Below the pieces are notes generated by a model. The model was not told the DNA's origin. It made no database searches and saw only the letters and a list, made by a program, of their open reading frames with translations. Of a stretch of DNA of 64,000 nucleotides, positions 10,378 through 21,362 are shown piece after piece. Within the stretch, counting starts at the first letter, position 1. Each line of letters opens with the position of its first letter. Source of the stretch: an uncultured Actinomycetota bacterium (GTDB taxonomy: Bacteria > Actinomycetota > Acidimicrobiia > Spongiisociales > UBA4744); contig CAVRAP010000019.1 of the NCBI GenBank assembly GCA_963718995.1, forward strand, positions 32,243 through 96,242, written 5' to 3'. The translations under genes and the position numbers were made by a program.

Positions 10378-11587
10378 TGGACCAAATGCTGGAGATTGAT
10401 GTGCACGATATGGCTCACGGCGGCGAGGCCGTCGGCCGCCACGACGGGAAAGCCATCTTCGTTGCGGAGCAATCCCCGGTGAACGGGTTCGGGTTTCGAT
10501 CATTGCCGAGAAGAGCGCCTGGGCTCGCTCCCGGCTGGAAGAAGTAATCACCCCTGCACCTACCCGGGTTACGCCCCCTTGTCCGCATTTCGTTGAGTGT
10601 GGGGGGTGCCAATGGCAGCACATGGCTTACGACGAGCAGCTGAAATGGAAGTCTTCGATTGTGGCGGGTCAGCTCCGCCATCTCGGCGGAGTCTCCGAGC
10701 CTGATATCGCCCCGATTGTGGTGCCCGGCGCCCCCTACGGGTACCGCAACCGGATGACCTTTCACGTGGTGGGCGGCCGGGCCGGTCTGTACCGGCTCCG
10801 GAGCAAGGAGCAGATTCCCGTATCCGCCTGCCTGCTGCTGGCACCGGAGTTGGCGGACCTCTACGGGCGGCTCGGGCCGCTGACGGGAGTCCATGAGGTG
10901 ACCCTCCGTCTGGGCGTCATGACCGGAGAACGTGCCGCGTTGATTCGCGGGAGAGCACCCGACCATGCCGGCGAATGGGGAGCGTCGGTTATTCGTCTGG
11001 CCGGGCGGAGATTTGAGCCTGTGGTCGGGCCGCCTCTCATCCACGAGGAAGTGGGAGGCGTTCGCTTCCGGATTACCGGACCTGCCTTTTTCCAGGTCAA
11101 CACGGCTGGAGCCCGGTCGCTTGTCGACCTGGTGAAGGATGCCCTGCAACCTTCCGGTTCAGACACCCTTCTCGATGCGTACGCCGGCGTCGGGTTGTTT
11201 GCTGCCACGGTCGGTAGGTCCGCCGGTCGGGTGATCGCCGTGGAGTCGAGCGGGGTTGCCCTGGCCGATCTGCGTCACAACCTGGAGGAGGCCGGGGTAG
11301 CGAACCATCAGGTTGTTCGAGGGCGGTTTGAGGAAGTTGCGCCCGCTACGTCGTGGAGTCTGGCCGTGTGCGATCCGCCCAGGACCGGGCTCGGAGAACG
11401 GGGGGTTACGTCTCTGGTATCGGGAGGGCCGCGGCGTATCGCCTATGTCTCGTGCGATCCGGCCAGCCTGGCGCGGGACACCCGGCTGCTCGATAGTGCC
11501 GGGTACCGCCTCGTAAGGGCAACTCCCGTAGACCTCTTTCCCCAAACCTTCCACGTTGAGACCGTGGCGGAGTTCGAGCTCAAGTAG
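10377..11587 (+). CDS. rlmD: TRAM-domain RNA m5U methyltransferase (RlmD/TrmA family); apparent indel near 10466
   Basis: AHGGEAVG, CPHFVECGGCQWQH, FFQVN, LDAYAGVG, DPPRTG, YVSCDP, DLFPQTFHVE. Confidence 0.88.
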
Positions 11588-11592
11588 GCCGT

Positions 11593-13110
11593 CTACGGCA
11601 ACGTGCATCCGAGCGCGTCGGATGGTGTCTCCCGCCAGGTTCCGGGTCTGGGGATGAATGAGTCGGCCAGGGCCGGGTCGAACGCAAATCCGGCGACGGC
11701 CGAGGTGCTGGGGGGCCGGAAGTGGATCTCCAACCGGTTGCTGGAGGCATCCTTGTTCCCGTACATGGCCCCGTAGATGGTCGTTTGCTGGCTGGCGCTG
11801 AACGTGCCGCCTGCATAGATGAGATGGTGGACCTGACCTTCGATCGAGTTGGAGCTGTTGCTGAGGGTGATGTCGCTGGTCGGTTCGACTCCGGCGATCA
11901 CCACGGTGACCGGGGCCAGGGCCGGGTTGGTCACCCCGTTGGGGGTCCCCTTTAGTTCCAGATCGCCCTTGAAAGCCAGGATGAAGTCGCCGCTCAGCTT
12001 CGTGCCGCCCATGTCAAGGGTGTAGGCGGCGGTGCCGCTCACAAAGTGAGCGCCTTTCAGGGAGTTCTTGTTGGTGTTGTACCAGGTGGTGAATTGTGCC
12101 CAGCCGGCATGGTTGTACACGGTCAGACCCTCGTCAATGTACTTGTTTGGGTCCCACACAAAGGCGGGCAAACTGATTTGCGGTACGGGCTGCAATCCGG
12201 TGGCGTTCCACACGTACGCAGCTGCCGACGGCGGGTCCGATACGGTTGAGGATGGACCAACCACCTGCAGGTTGCGTCCCACTGAAGCCTTGTTCTTCTT
12301 GAACGTCGATTTGGGCAACGAGGAGAGTGAGGTGTCGTTGAGGATGATCAGGTCGTTGCCGGCCGTGCCGAGGGCGCTGCCTGAATCGTCCTTGACGAAC
12401 CCGTTGACCTTCACCTCACCGGCGATATCCACGTTGGCGCCGCCGCCGACCAGGAGGTCCCGGTAGACGAGCACCTGGCCGGTGCCAGGAGCGCCATCAT
12501 CATTCGCGTACACCCGGGTGAAGTTGCCGATCGCCAGGTCGTCTCCCGAATAGGCGTCACCGTAGATCTCTTTGCGGTTCCCGGCGGTCAGGCCACCGTC
12601 TGCGGCGAACAAGGCGTAGTAGAACCCTCCGCCGATCGGCACCAGCTCGACCTCGATCATGACCTTCTTCGAAACGGCCTGGTGGGCCGTGTGATGAGGA
12701 GCCCATCCCCACGATTCGATGAGATAGGACCTGGCCTTGGCGAGCGGAACGGCCCGAACCCAGTACTCGCCCTGGGTCTCGCTGACGCCATCCACCACGG
12801 TTTCGAGAGTGTCGAGATCACACTGGGTACCGGTGATGCCCGTCGTTGCTTCGCCACCGTTTGCTGTATCCCGGAAGCCCCCTTCATTCGAGGCGAGCAG
12901 GTACATCGCTTCACGGGCACCTGCTTCGGCGACATTGAGGGCCGTGGCGAGGTGCCGGTCGTACCCGACTTCTTCGAGTTCATGGACGGAGACCGAATAC
13001 CAGGTGGCTCCGAGGATGAAGATAACGACTGCAACTGAGAGAGCAGACGCGATGCCAATACCTTGGTCTTGGTCATGCAGTGCGCCGAGTAGGCGTTTCA
13101 TGTGGTACAT
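11593..13110 (-). CDS. PilX-like pilus assembly protein
   Basis: QGIGIASALSVAVVIFILG N-terminus and ALNVAEAG motif. Confidence 0.7.
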   Translation of the reverse strand: MYHMKRLLGALHDQDQGIGIASALSVAVVIFILGATWYSVSVHELEEVGYDRHLATALNVAEAGAREAMYLLASNEGGFRDTANGGEATTGITGTQCDLDTLETVVDGVSETQGEYWVRAVPLAKARSYLIESWGWAPHHTAHQAVSKKVMIEVELVPIGGGFYYALFAADGGLTAGNRKEIYGDAYSGDDLAIGNFTRVYANDDGAPGTGQVLVYRDLLVGGGANVDIAGEVKVNGFVKDDSGSALGTAGNDLIILNDTSLSSLPKSTFKKNKASVGRNLQVVGPSSTVSDPPSAAAYVWNATGLQPVPQISLPAFVWDPNKYIDEGLTVYNHAGWAQFTTWYNTNKNSLKGAHFVSGTAAYTLDMGGTKLSGDFILAFKGDLELKGTPNGVTNPALAPVTVVIAGVEPTSDITLSNSSNSIEGQVHHLIYAGGTFSASQQTTIYGAMYGNKDASSNRLEIHFRPPSTSAVAGFAFDPALADSFIPRPGTWRETPSDALGCTLP

Positions 13111-13150
13111 ATCGGGATCTTGGCTCCGATTCTGGAGAGGTACGTGTGGA

Positions 13151-13798
13151 TCATGGGCAGTTGGCCGAGTTGGGTGTCCAGATGTTGCGGCCCGAAATCT
13201 CCGTGGTGCCGAGCCGGGCACTTATCCGGTCGTTGGTGTTCCCATCGACCCAGATCCGGACGGTGATGACCTTGCCCTGGGAGGGGAGTGCCGAGGCAAC
13301 TCCACCCTGATTAGTGAAGACGGGGACACCGGCCGTTCCCAGAGCGCGCCCGACCTTGGTGTTGTACACGTCGTCGACATAGGTTTCATTCTGGACTCCA
13401 CTGATGATGGTTCTCCAGGTGACCCCATCGTCCGCCGATCGCTGCAAATCTGTGGCAACCCCGTCGCCGTCCGTGTCGCGAAGGTCGTAGATGAGATCGT
13501 CGTATCCGACGGCACTGGTCGTTGCCGTGTAGCCGCGGGTCCGGAACTCCAGTCGATTCGATTCGAAACCGGGGAGCGGTTCGCACACTTTCTCGGCGCT
13601 GCGGAAGTCGCGGTCCATTTGTTGCAGGGCCAGGCGGACGTCGTCGTTGGAGCGCGCCGTACCTTCGAGGTCCCTGGTGGCCGACATCGTGGTCTGCAGG
13701 AGGGACAGGAAGACGGCCGCCACGATGGCCATCAGCATCATGGACACCATGAGCTCAGTCAGAGAAAGCCCTCGATCCGAGTGGTGCAGGCGTCTCAT
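13151..13798 (-). CDS. Prepilin-type minor pilin (PilW-like)
   Basis: Class III signal RG|LSLTELMV. Confidence 0.85.
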   Translation of the reverse strand: MRRLHHSDRGLSLTELMVSMMLMAIVAAVFLSLLQTTMSATRDLEGTARSNDDVRLALQQMDRDFRSAEKVCEPLPGFESNRLEFRTRGYTATTSAVGYDDLIYDLRDTDGDGVATDLQRSADDGVTWRTIISGVQNETYVDDVYNTKVGRALGTAGVPVFTNQGGVASALPSQGKVITVRIWVDGNTNDRISARLGTTEISGRNIWTPNSANCP

Positions 13799-15781
13799 CA
13801 GCTTGCATCCGGATCAATATAGAGAGCGGTGACTCCGACACCGCCCAGGTCGAAGGTGAGTACGACGTTGTACAGAGTGCCGTCCAGGAGGGGATCCGCG
13901 TCGATGACCGTGTCGACCACCCGGTAGGAGATCGTCCCGGTGACCATCCCCGTTGCCTGGACTCGAGATTCGGAAACATCCAGGTTGGTGTCTTCGGTGT
14001 ACGAGCGGCACGGCTTCCGTATCAGAATCGATCCCTGGACTTCGTAATGCAATTGCGGGTCACCGGTCGGGGTGATATCCCAGGTGCGAGGTCCTCCGGC
14101 GCCGTCGTCGACGGTGATCAGATCGGGTGACGGCAGAGCCGAGCAACTTCCGGTGGCGCCGAAACCCGAATACACCGTGACGTATTTGGTTGTACCGGGA
14201 TCCCAGAGCTTCACGATCACATTGCCCGTTGTGGACAGGTTGGGTGGGCGAGCGGCGTTCTCGCCTGCGGCCAGGTCGGTGCCGAAGACGCTAGGGGTCT
14301 CGATGATGACCCAGCCTTGGAAGGTGCTTTTTGCCAGCGGGCCAACCGAGTCCGGGAACAGGTACAGCGGTTCGGCCGCCCAGCTGTAGTCGACGCGGAC
14401 CTGCCGGTCGGTGGAAGGAGAAGGAGCGTCGTATCGGTCGGCGTTGGCCGAATAGGTCAGGGCGGGCCCAACCGAATCGTGTCCGCGGGCAAAGAAGGCG
14501 AACTCGTAGAACGGCGCATCCAGCGTGTCCCCCAGTTTGGCCTCGTACAGTGTCCGGACGGCCGCGGTCCGCATACTCTGTGAAGCCACCGTTGGTACGG
14601 TCGGCCGACTCCAGCCCGAACGAGGCATAGGGGAGACCGTCAACTTTCGGGTTCAACGAGGTCGGGTTGTATTCGGTCCACAGTTCTGCCCAGTACTTGG
14701 TTGGCTGCGCGGCCAGGAGATTGCTCAGGTCGGCCACGCTGAAGTCGTTGGGATGCGCCCCGCTGATCTGAAAGGCGGGTAGGAGGGATGTCAAGATGGC
14801 GTTGGAGTCATCGAGAGGAGCCACCGAGACCGCATCGTCATCGGCCGACCTCAGGACGTCGATCGGTTCGGGGCGGATCAGTACATCGTCGGCGGTGTCG
14901 AACAAACCGTCCGGGCCCGCATATTTGGCATCTCCCGATGTGGCTGAACTGCGTGCGATCTCGGAGGAGACGTAGTCGCTGGTGGCCGAAACGAAACCGT
15001 CGGAGAAGACGAGATTCGCCTGGAACAGGTCCCGTGGAGCGAGAACCCAGGCGCGGGTGCCGCGCACGGTGGTGAGCAGCGGATTGCCGACCCCGTCCGT
15101 GAATACCGGCGAGGGCTTGCCGTCGCCGGTCACGGTCAGATAGCCACCGTCCAGGGTCACTTCACCATGGATGAGGGGCTGGGATGGCTCGGTGAATGGG
15201 GAGACCAGCGTTGAGAGGCGCACCTCCCGCGGGAACCCGCCGGGAGGAGTCCAGGCGACGACCGCGGTGATGCGACGGTACTTCTCGGTGGCCGGGTCGA
15301 GCGGATCTGTTCGCACCGACGTGACGAAAAGGTACCGATCAAATGGTGTGTTGTCGCGTTCCTGCTGGTCGTGAAACGACAGGAAGGGGTCGAAGGTCGC
15401 CCCGTTGACGAAGACGAGCTCCTCTCCGCCGAAATCCCAGTTGCCGGATAACGGGTTGAGGGTGAGGTCCGTCCCGAAGACTCCGGTGGTCGGGTCGCTG
15501 AAGGTCGTGCACCCTACCTCGGTGGGGCACGTGGTTCCGTTGGCCAGCGATGTCAGACCCATGTGATTCCACTCGAGTGATCGAGAGCGCTCGAGCAACT
15601 CCGAGGCAAAGGCGGTTGCTGCCGCCTGCCGCTTCGTTTCGACGATGACTCGCGTGCCCGTGTCCATCGTTCGAAGCAGCACAACCACCAGGGCGAACAC
15701 GATGGTGAGGGCCACGACGGACTCGACGATCGTAAAGCCTGACTGATCCCTCAGGCGCGCCGTATTTTTGCTCCCAATCAT
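13798..15781 (-). CDS. Large prepilin-type protein (PilV-like); apparent indel near 14570
   Basis: QSG|FTIVESVVAL; ORFs 14291..15781 and 13798..14643 join in a shifted frame. Confidence 0.75.
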
Positions 15782-15838
15782 GGTTTGTCTATCGGCTGTT
15801 TGTTACCGAGTCTGGACCGGAATGTCTGCCTAAATCGC

Positions 15839-16192
15839 TCAGTGCGGAAGGGGCTCCAGGTCGATCGGGAGGCCTGCCTGATGCCAGGCGATGATGCCGC
15901 CGGCCAGGTTGAAAACATTGTCCATGCCGGCCTCGCGAATGAGGGCCGCGGTGGCCATGGCCGAACGGTTTCCCGACCGGCACTGCAGTATCACGGGGCG
16001 GTCGCGCGGTAACGCTTCGAACCAATCGTTGATTTCCGAGAGAGGCTTGAACTCGGCTCCCGGAATCCGCACTTCTTCCCATTCGTCGGCTTCGCGGATA
16101 TCCACCATCAGGGCTCCGGCGGCGATCAGATCGGCGGCGTTGTGCGGATTGGTTTCGGGCACCCCGCCAAAAAGGTCAGTCATATCGGGCAC
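15839..16192 (-). CDS. Single-domain rhodanese
   Basis: VDIREADEW, RIPGA, CRSGNRS, NLAGGIIAW. Confidence 0.9.
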   Translation of the reverse strand: MPDMTDLFGGVPETNPHNAADLIAAGALMVDIREADEWEEVRIPGAEFKPLSEINDWFEALPRDRPVILQCRSGNRSAMATAALIREAGMDNVFNLAGGIIAWHQAGLPIDLEPLPH

Positions 16193-16266
16193 GTTAGCCG
16201 GGAGCGAACCGTGACCGGTTTTCAGCGAGATGTCACCGGAGGGCCCAACTCCCCGGTAACCTTACG

Positions 16267-17454
16267 TTGGTGACCTTCCTGACCCACCACTCCACGCCCC
16301 TGGCACGCCGGCATCCGGCCGTAAGGAGACGGACCGGCCTGCTGGTGGTTGCCACCCTGTTGATTACCGTGCTTGCCGGGATAGAACCGGTAGCGGCGAT
16401 CGGCTCGGCCGACCGGAGGGTTCTGACGATTGGCGAAGTGGGCGGGATGTCCGCCGAGGTCGAGGCCACCATCACCTCCGCCGCGGAACGGTTTGGCGCC
16501 CGCTGGGCGACCTTCCATCGGGGCACGCTGCGGCTCACCTCCGTTGAGCGGGGTGACGAGACGGTGCAGAAGGCACCCGGCGGCTTCTTCTATCCGATGT
16601 CGACAACCGCGGTCGATGCGACCCAAGCTGCACCGCTGCTGGGGGACGCTGCAGCCGCAGTGCTCAGGAATGGTGATCTGGTGATGGGCGAAACGTCTGC
16701 GGGGTTGCGCGGAGCCGTTGCTGGGGACCTAGTGAATCTGGTTGGCTGGAACGGCCGTTCGTATCAGTTCACCATTGGAGCGGTGGTTCCCGATGAACTG
16801 ATTGGCTGGGCGGAACTGGTGCTGGACGAGAACGTGGCTGCGGAGATCGGGTTCAACCGGGCTGCGTTTGTAGCCATTTGGGATTACGAACCCGCCGATG
16901 AGCTGCTGCTGGCCATGTGGTCTCGGCTGCCGGATGCCCTGCTGACGATCAACGCGTACTTCGACCCAGACGATCCGGACGCCGTCTTGCCGACCGTCCT
17001 GGTCAAGGAACGGTTCGGCGAATTTTCCTATCGCCCGACCAGCGGGGATCAGATCATCCTGGACTCGGAGTGGCGGCGCACCAATATCGTCGATGTCAAC
17101 CTTCCCTATCTGGGTCCCTTTCGCTGTCACAAAGATGTCGTGCCTCTCCTTGAAGGCGCCCTCGCGGAGATCAAAGCGGACGGCCTGGCCTGGATGATCA
17201 ACTACCAGGACTTCCAAATCGCCGGCGGCTGTTACAACGCCCGTCTCATTCGCGGCGGCGACAAGGGCGGGGCAGTTTCCCGGCATACCTGGGGAATCGC
17301 CATCGACATCAACCCCAGCGAAAACCCCTACGGCGGTCGGGTCGGTATGGACCGGCGCATCGGCGAGATCTTCCGGAAGTGGGGCTTTGCCTGGGGAGCG
17401 GGTTGGCGCTTCACCGACGGAGGTCATTTCGAGTGGACACACGACGTCGCTTGA
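16267..17454 (+). CDS. Secreted M15-family zinc metallopeptidase
   Basis: SRHTWGIAIDIN and DGGHFEW. Confidence 0.85.
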   Translation: MVTFLTHHSTPLARRHPAVRRRTGLLVVATLLITVLAGIEPVAAIGSADRRVLTIGEVGGMSAEVEATITSAAERFGARWATFHRGTLRLTSVERGDETVQKAPGGFFYPMSTTAVDATQAAPLLGDAAAAVLRNGDLVMGETSAGLRGAVAGDLVNLVGWNGRSYQFTIGAVVPDELIGWAELVLDENVAAEIGFNRAAFVAIWDYEPADELLLAMWSRLPDALLTINAYFDPDDPDAVLPTVLVKERFGEFSYRPTSGDQIILDSEWRRTNIVDVNLPYLGPFRCHKDVVPLLEGALAEIKADGLAWMINYQDFQIAGGCYNARLIRGGDKGGAVSRHTWGIAIDINPSENPYGGRVGMDRRIGEIFRKWGFAWGAGWRFTDGGHFEWTHDVA

Positions 17455-17669
17455 TGGTGAGGTCGAAGTTTTCCTACCACGGCGATCGGACGCCGTGTAG
17501 TGTCAAAACTGAGTGAGGTACTGTACGAAGTCTGACGTTTGGCTGCGGTCCTCCCGCCTTGCGCTCGTTGTGACACGGCGCACGCGAGCCGCTTCCCCTG
17601 TGATCTTCCCGATGTTCTGCTGTGCACAATCGTCATCCGCGGCCTCTGGCTGACGGAGGAAGGAGACTC

Positions 17670-18803
17670 ATGCAGGTCGACCAGATCCGGCAATTCACCA
17701 ACTCCACCTTTCCGGTGCTGTCTGTGTACCTCAACCGGGTCGGCACCCCCCGCGACAGGACGTCGACCGGGGCCCGGCTCACCGAGTTGCTCCGACCGGT
17801 TCGCGAGGCGGTAGAAACTGGCGGGCTGAGTCATGATGCGGCGATGTCGTTGCGGGCGGATGTCAAGACGGTCCAAGGTCTCGCCGATCGGATCGATGCT
17901 GATCCTGCCTCGGCAGCCGTCTTTCTGTGTCACGGTGCAGACTGGTTTCACTACGTTTCGGTCAATCGGCCAGTCTGGGATGTAGCCCGAATCGGCAACC
18001 GGGCATATCTTCGGCCCCTGCGAGCCGCCGAGGCCGAGGTCCGATCGGCGGCGGTCATCTTCGATCCCCGGCGCTCGGTGGTATTCGTCAAACACGGCGA
18101 TGAGCTCCGGGAGTACGGAGAAGTCGTGGAAGAAGCCGTCAGGAAATCCAATTATGGAGGCTTCGCGGGGTACGAGGAGCGCGGAGTTCGCAGCCATGCG
18201 GACGCGGTGGTGCAGCGCCAATTCAAAGAGACGGCCGACCTGGTGTTTCGCCTCTTCCAGACAGAAGGATTCGATTTCCTGTTCCTCGGCGGGCATCAGG
18301 AATCGATCGACGAGGGATCGAAACTCCTCCATCCGTACGTGAAGGCGCATGTTGGGGGAGCTTTCGTCATCGATACCCACACCATGACCCCGGCCCTGGT
18401 CAAGGAACAGCTGATCGGCCTCGAGGAGGCCGCCGTTGCGGAGCACGAGGTCGCCCGTATCCAGGAGCTGCTCGATACCGCAGGGGCGGGCGGCCCGGCC
18501 GTGCTCGGCATCGCCGATGTGCTCGCCGCCGTCAACGCCAAGGCCATCGATCGGTTGATCGTTTCGGGGAGTTTCACCAAGACGGGTGCCGTCTGCGAAT
18601 CGTGCGGCTGGCTCTCTCGCAACGGCACCAGCTGCCCGGTCTGCGGGTCGGCAACCCGACCGACCGAAGACGTCGTGGACGAGATCATCGAGGCGACCAT
18701 TGGCGAGAGCGGAGAGGTGCTGCAGGTGTCGGTTGCTTCCGCGCTCGACCAGAAGGCGATCGGAGCGTTGCTTCGGTTTCAACTGCCGGCCGGTCTCACC
18801 TAA
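17670..18803 (+). CDS. Bacterial archaeo-eukaryotic release factor-like protein (baeRF) with C-terminal zinc ribbon
   Basis: VLSVYLN, RKSNYGGFAG, CESC...CPVC, IGALLRF. Confidence 0.75.
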   Translation: MQVDQIRQFTNSTFPVLSVYLNRVGTPRDRTSTGARLTELLRPVREAVETGGLSHDAAMSLRADVKTVQGLADRIDADPASAAVFLCHGADWFHYVSVNRPVWDVARIGNRAYLRPLRAAEAEVRSAAVIFDPRRSVVFVKHGDELREYGEVVEEAVRKSNYGGFAGYEERGVRSHADAVVQRQFKETADLVFRLFQTEGFDFLFLGGHQESIDEGSKLLHPYVKAHVGGAFVIDTHTMTPALVKEQLIGLEEAAVAEHEVARIQELLDTAGAGGPAVLGIADVLAAVNAKAIDRLIVSGSFTKTGAVCESCGWLSRNGTSCPVCGSATRPTEDVVDEIIEATIGESGEVLQVSVASALDQKAIGALLRFQLPAGLT

Positions 18804-18851
18804 CCGGTGCCCGTGCATGCCGAGGGAATCGTCGTCCGATAACGTGGGGTC

Positions 18852-19937
18852 ATGACAGACCAACTGGCTCGACTCAGGCAGTGGAAACTCGACGGCAAGG
18901 ATGTGGCGGTTGCCACCGTGGTGCGTGTGCAGGGGTCGGCTCCACGACCAGAAGGGGCGTGTCTGCTGGTGTCCTCTGCGGAGGAGCTCGACGGGTCCGT
19001 TAGCGGAGGTTGTGTCGAGAACGACGTGGCGCTGCATGCTCTCCAGGTACTCGAGGCCGGAGTCCCGCGGTTGGTGACCTATGGCATTGCCGACGAGGAT
19101 GCTTTCGAGGTCGGTCTCGCCTGCGGAGGGACCATCCAGGTCTATATCGAGCCTGCTGAAGCTGATGAGATCACCGAAGCAGTTGAGCAGCTCATCCTGG
19201 CCCGGCGCCTCGGGGCGAGAGTAAGGGCGGTGGCCGGCGGGGACTGGAAGGCGGTCATCGACGCCAAGCAAGGCGTGGTGGCCGGCACCATCCCTGGTTC
19301 CCTGGTCGACGATGTTCTTGCTGATGCACAACAACTGATGGGTGACGAGCAGAGCCGGACACTCACCTACGACGGAGTCGATGTCTTCATTGATTCGATC
19401 GTCCCTCCGCCCCGGTTGTTGATCTTTGGGGCGGGGCCTTTTGCCGAGCCGCTTTGCGCGATCGGGGCCCGGGTCGGGTACGAGGTCACCCTGATTGATC
19501 CGCGTCCGGCCTTTGCCCGGCCGGAGTTGTTCCCCGATGCGCATGAGGTGATCGTCGCCTGGCCGGAGACCGTCCTGGATGCGCAACCCTGGGAGGGGAG
19601 TTTTGTGGTCGTCTTGAACCACAACCAACGTCTCGAGGATCCGGTGATCCGGAGAGCGCTCGCCGAGCCGATCGCGTACATCGGGGTGATGGGGAGCAGG
19701 CGCACCCATGCCGATCGTCTGGTGCGACTACAGACGGACGGATGGTCGGTGGCCGATCAGGAGCGGATTCACGGTCCGATCGGGTTGGATATTGGCGCCG
19801 AGACCCCGGCGGAAGTTGCGCTGTCGATCCTCGCCGAGATGACCACGCTGCGGTACGGAAGCGGTGGAGGCGACTCTTTGAAGGGGACCCGGGGGAGGAT
19901 CCATCCGCAACGGAAGGATGACTCCGGAGACGTATAG
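18852..19937 (+). CDS. XdhC/CoxI-family molybdenum cofactor insertion chaperone
   Basis: GSAPRPEGA, GSVSGGCVE, GLACGG, GPIGLDIGAETPAE. Confidence 0.92.
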   Translation: MTDQLARLRQWKLDGKDVAVATVVRVQGSAPRPEGACLLVSSAEELDGSVSGGCVENDVALHALQVLEAGVPRLVTYGIADEDAFEVGLACGGTIQVYIEPAEADEITEAVEQLILARRLGARVRAVAGGDWKAVIDAKQGVVAGTIPGSLVDDVLADAQQLMGDEQSRTLTYDGVDVFIDSIVPPPRLLIFGAGPFAEPLCAIGARVGYEVTLIDPRPAFARPELFPDAHEVIVAWPETVLDAQPWEGSFVVVLNHNQRLEDPVIRRALAEPIAYIGVMGSRRTHADRLVRLQTDGWSVADQERIHGPIGLDIGAETPAEVALSILAEMTTLRYGSGGGDSLKGTRGRIHPQRKDDSGDV

Positions 19938-19969
19938 TGGACCTGCGTCACCAACCACCCGGTCCATTC

Positions 19970-20560
19970 ATGAGCACAACTGCCCTCGTTCTCGCCGCCG
20001 GCCCGTCGACTCGTCTTGGCCGGGCAAAACAACTCCTCCCGTGGGGAGGTCCGACGCTTCTGGAGAAGGTCGTCCAGCAGACGTTGACCTGGCCGGTTGA
20101 TGCCGTCTGGGTGGTCCTCGGGAGCCGGTACGAGGAAATCCTGGACACGGTCGACTTTGGTGATGCCGGTGTCATTGAGAACCCCGAATGGGAGGAAGGG
20201 ATGGCTTCTTCGATGCGTGTCGGTCTCGACGCGGCCGGTCGCGATCCATCTGCCGAAGCAGCCTTCATCGTGATGGGTGATCAACCGGGGATCGATCCGG
20301 CCGTGGTAGCTGCCCTGCTCGATCACCGCCGCTCGAGTGATGCCCTCGCCATCGTTCCGAAGTACCGGTACGTGCGCGGCCATCCGGTCCTGGTCGCCCG
20401 GGCGTTATGGGCCCGCCTGATGAGCCTGGAAGGCGACCAAGGGGGACGCAACCTCCTGCAAGCCCATCCGGACTGGGTCGAAGAGGTCTTCTTCGAGCAA
20501 CTGGCTCCCCGCGACGTCGATACCACGGACGACGTGACGGATCTGCAACCGCGCGGGTAG
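19970..20560 (+). CDS. MocA-like nucleotidyltransferase
   Basis: LAAGPSTRLG..KQLL, GDQP, GHPV, DVDT. Confidence 0.88.
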   Translation: MSTTALVLAAGPSTRLGRAKQLLPWGGPTLLEKVVQQTLTWPVDAVWVVLGSRYEEILDTVDFGDAGVIENPEWEEGMASSMRVGLDAAGRDPSAEAAFIVMGDQPGIDPAVVAALLDHRRSSDALAIVPKYRYVRGHPVLVARALWARLMSLEGDQGGRNLLQAHPDWVEEVFFEQLAPRDVDTTDDVTDLQPRG

Positions 20561-20655
20561 GCATCAGTCACCTCGGTCATCAGGACGATGGCAAATGGGT
20601 GGTCTCAATGGGTCACGCTGTCCCTGAGAGAAATATGGCCCTCTTACAGGGGTTC

Positions 20656-20697
20656 TTATTGACTTTCGATAAGGGCAAGATTATCGTTCTTCGATAT
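20656..20697 (+). promoter_or_regulatory. Two palindromic boxes (TTATYG-N5-CGATAW), probable operators of the DUF2975/HTH operon
   Basis: TTATTGACTTTCGATAA at 20656-20672 and TTATCGTTCTTCGATAT at 20681-20697, overlapping a TTGACT -35 and the ATG. Confidence 0.55.
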
Positions 20698-21361
20698 GAA
20701 CACACACAACCAATCTCTGAGCGGAAGAGGCCTGCGGGCGCTGGATCTTGGTCTCAAGGTCGCCCGGTTTCTTCTCATAGTTGCGACCGGCATCACCATT
20801 CCATTGGCGATCCTCGCCCTGTCCGGCCGAGGTGACATGTTCATCTCAGCGACGCTTGATGAGCCCTACGGGGTCGAGTTCGCGGACGGGCGACGGGTCG
20901 ATGTTTCCGGCGGTGTGCGCTCCTACTCGAACTTTGAAATCGGAAGGGAACGCGATTCGATTGCAGACGTACCGGTCATCCAGCTCCTCTTGAAGATCCA
21001 ACGAACCGACCTGGCCAGCCGAGGGGTCTTCCTCGCCTTTGTGGCCGGTCTGCTGGCGGCTGCCTGGGTCGGGCTCGTCAATCTCGGCCGCATCGTGCAA
21101 TCAACGATCGCCGGCCGGCCGTTCGCCGATGAGAATCCCGGAAGGCTGCGATGGCTGGGGGGCGCCATACTGGCCCTTCCGGCGATCGACCTGATGCGTA
21201 CGGCACTGCTCGACCGAACGCTGGATGTCGATCTGCCCGTATCGGTTTCGACGCTCGGCCCCGTCTGGGCGCTGCTGTTGGTCGGGATAGGCATGTTCGC
21301 CCTGGCCGAGGTCTTTGTGGAGGCAGCCCGACTGCGCCGGTTCGAGGAAGACACGATCTGA
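20696..21361 (+). CDS. DUF2975-family membrane protein
   Basis: Hydrophobic helices, PFADENPGRLR, LAEVF..AARL...DTI. Confidence 0.8.
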   Translation: MNTHNQSLSGRGLRALDLGLKVARFLLIVATGITIPLAILALSGRGDMFISATLDEPYGVEFADGRRVDVSGGVRSYSNFEIGRERDSIADVPVIQLLLKIQRTDLASRGVFLAFVAGLLAAAWVGLVNLGRIVQSTIAGRPFADENPGRLRWLGGAILALPAIDLMRTALLDRTLDVDLPVSVSTLGPVWALLLVGIGMFALAEVFVEAARLRRFEEDTI

Positions 21362-21362
21362 G

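Noticed and set aside
17424-19709. Long antisense ORFs (761 aa here; also 2886..4247, 28165..29160, 33942..35213)
   Set aside because: They are shadows of well-supported genes in high-GC DNA and carry no recognisable motifs.
18852-20560. XdhC/MocA as part of a selenium-dependent molybdenum hydroxylase system with selD
   Set aside because: No yqeB/yqeC-type genes are recognisable, and selD is 25 kb away and already explained by Sec use.
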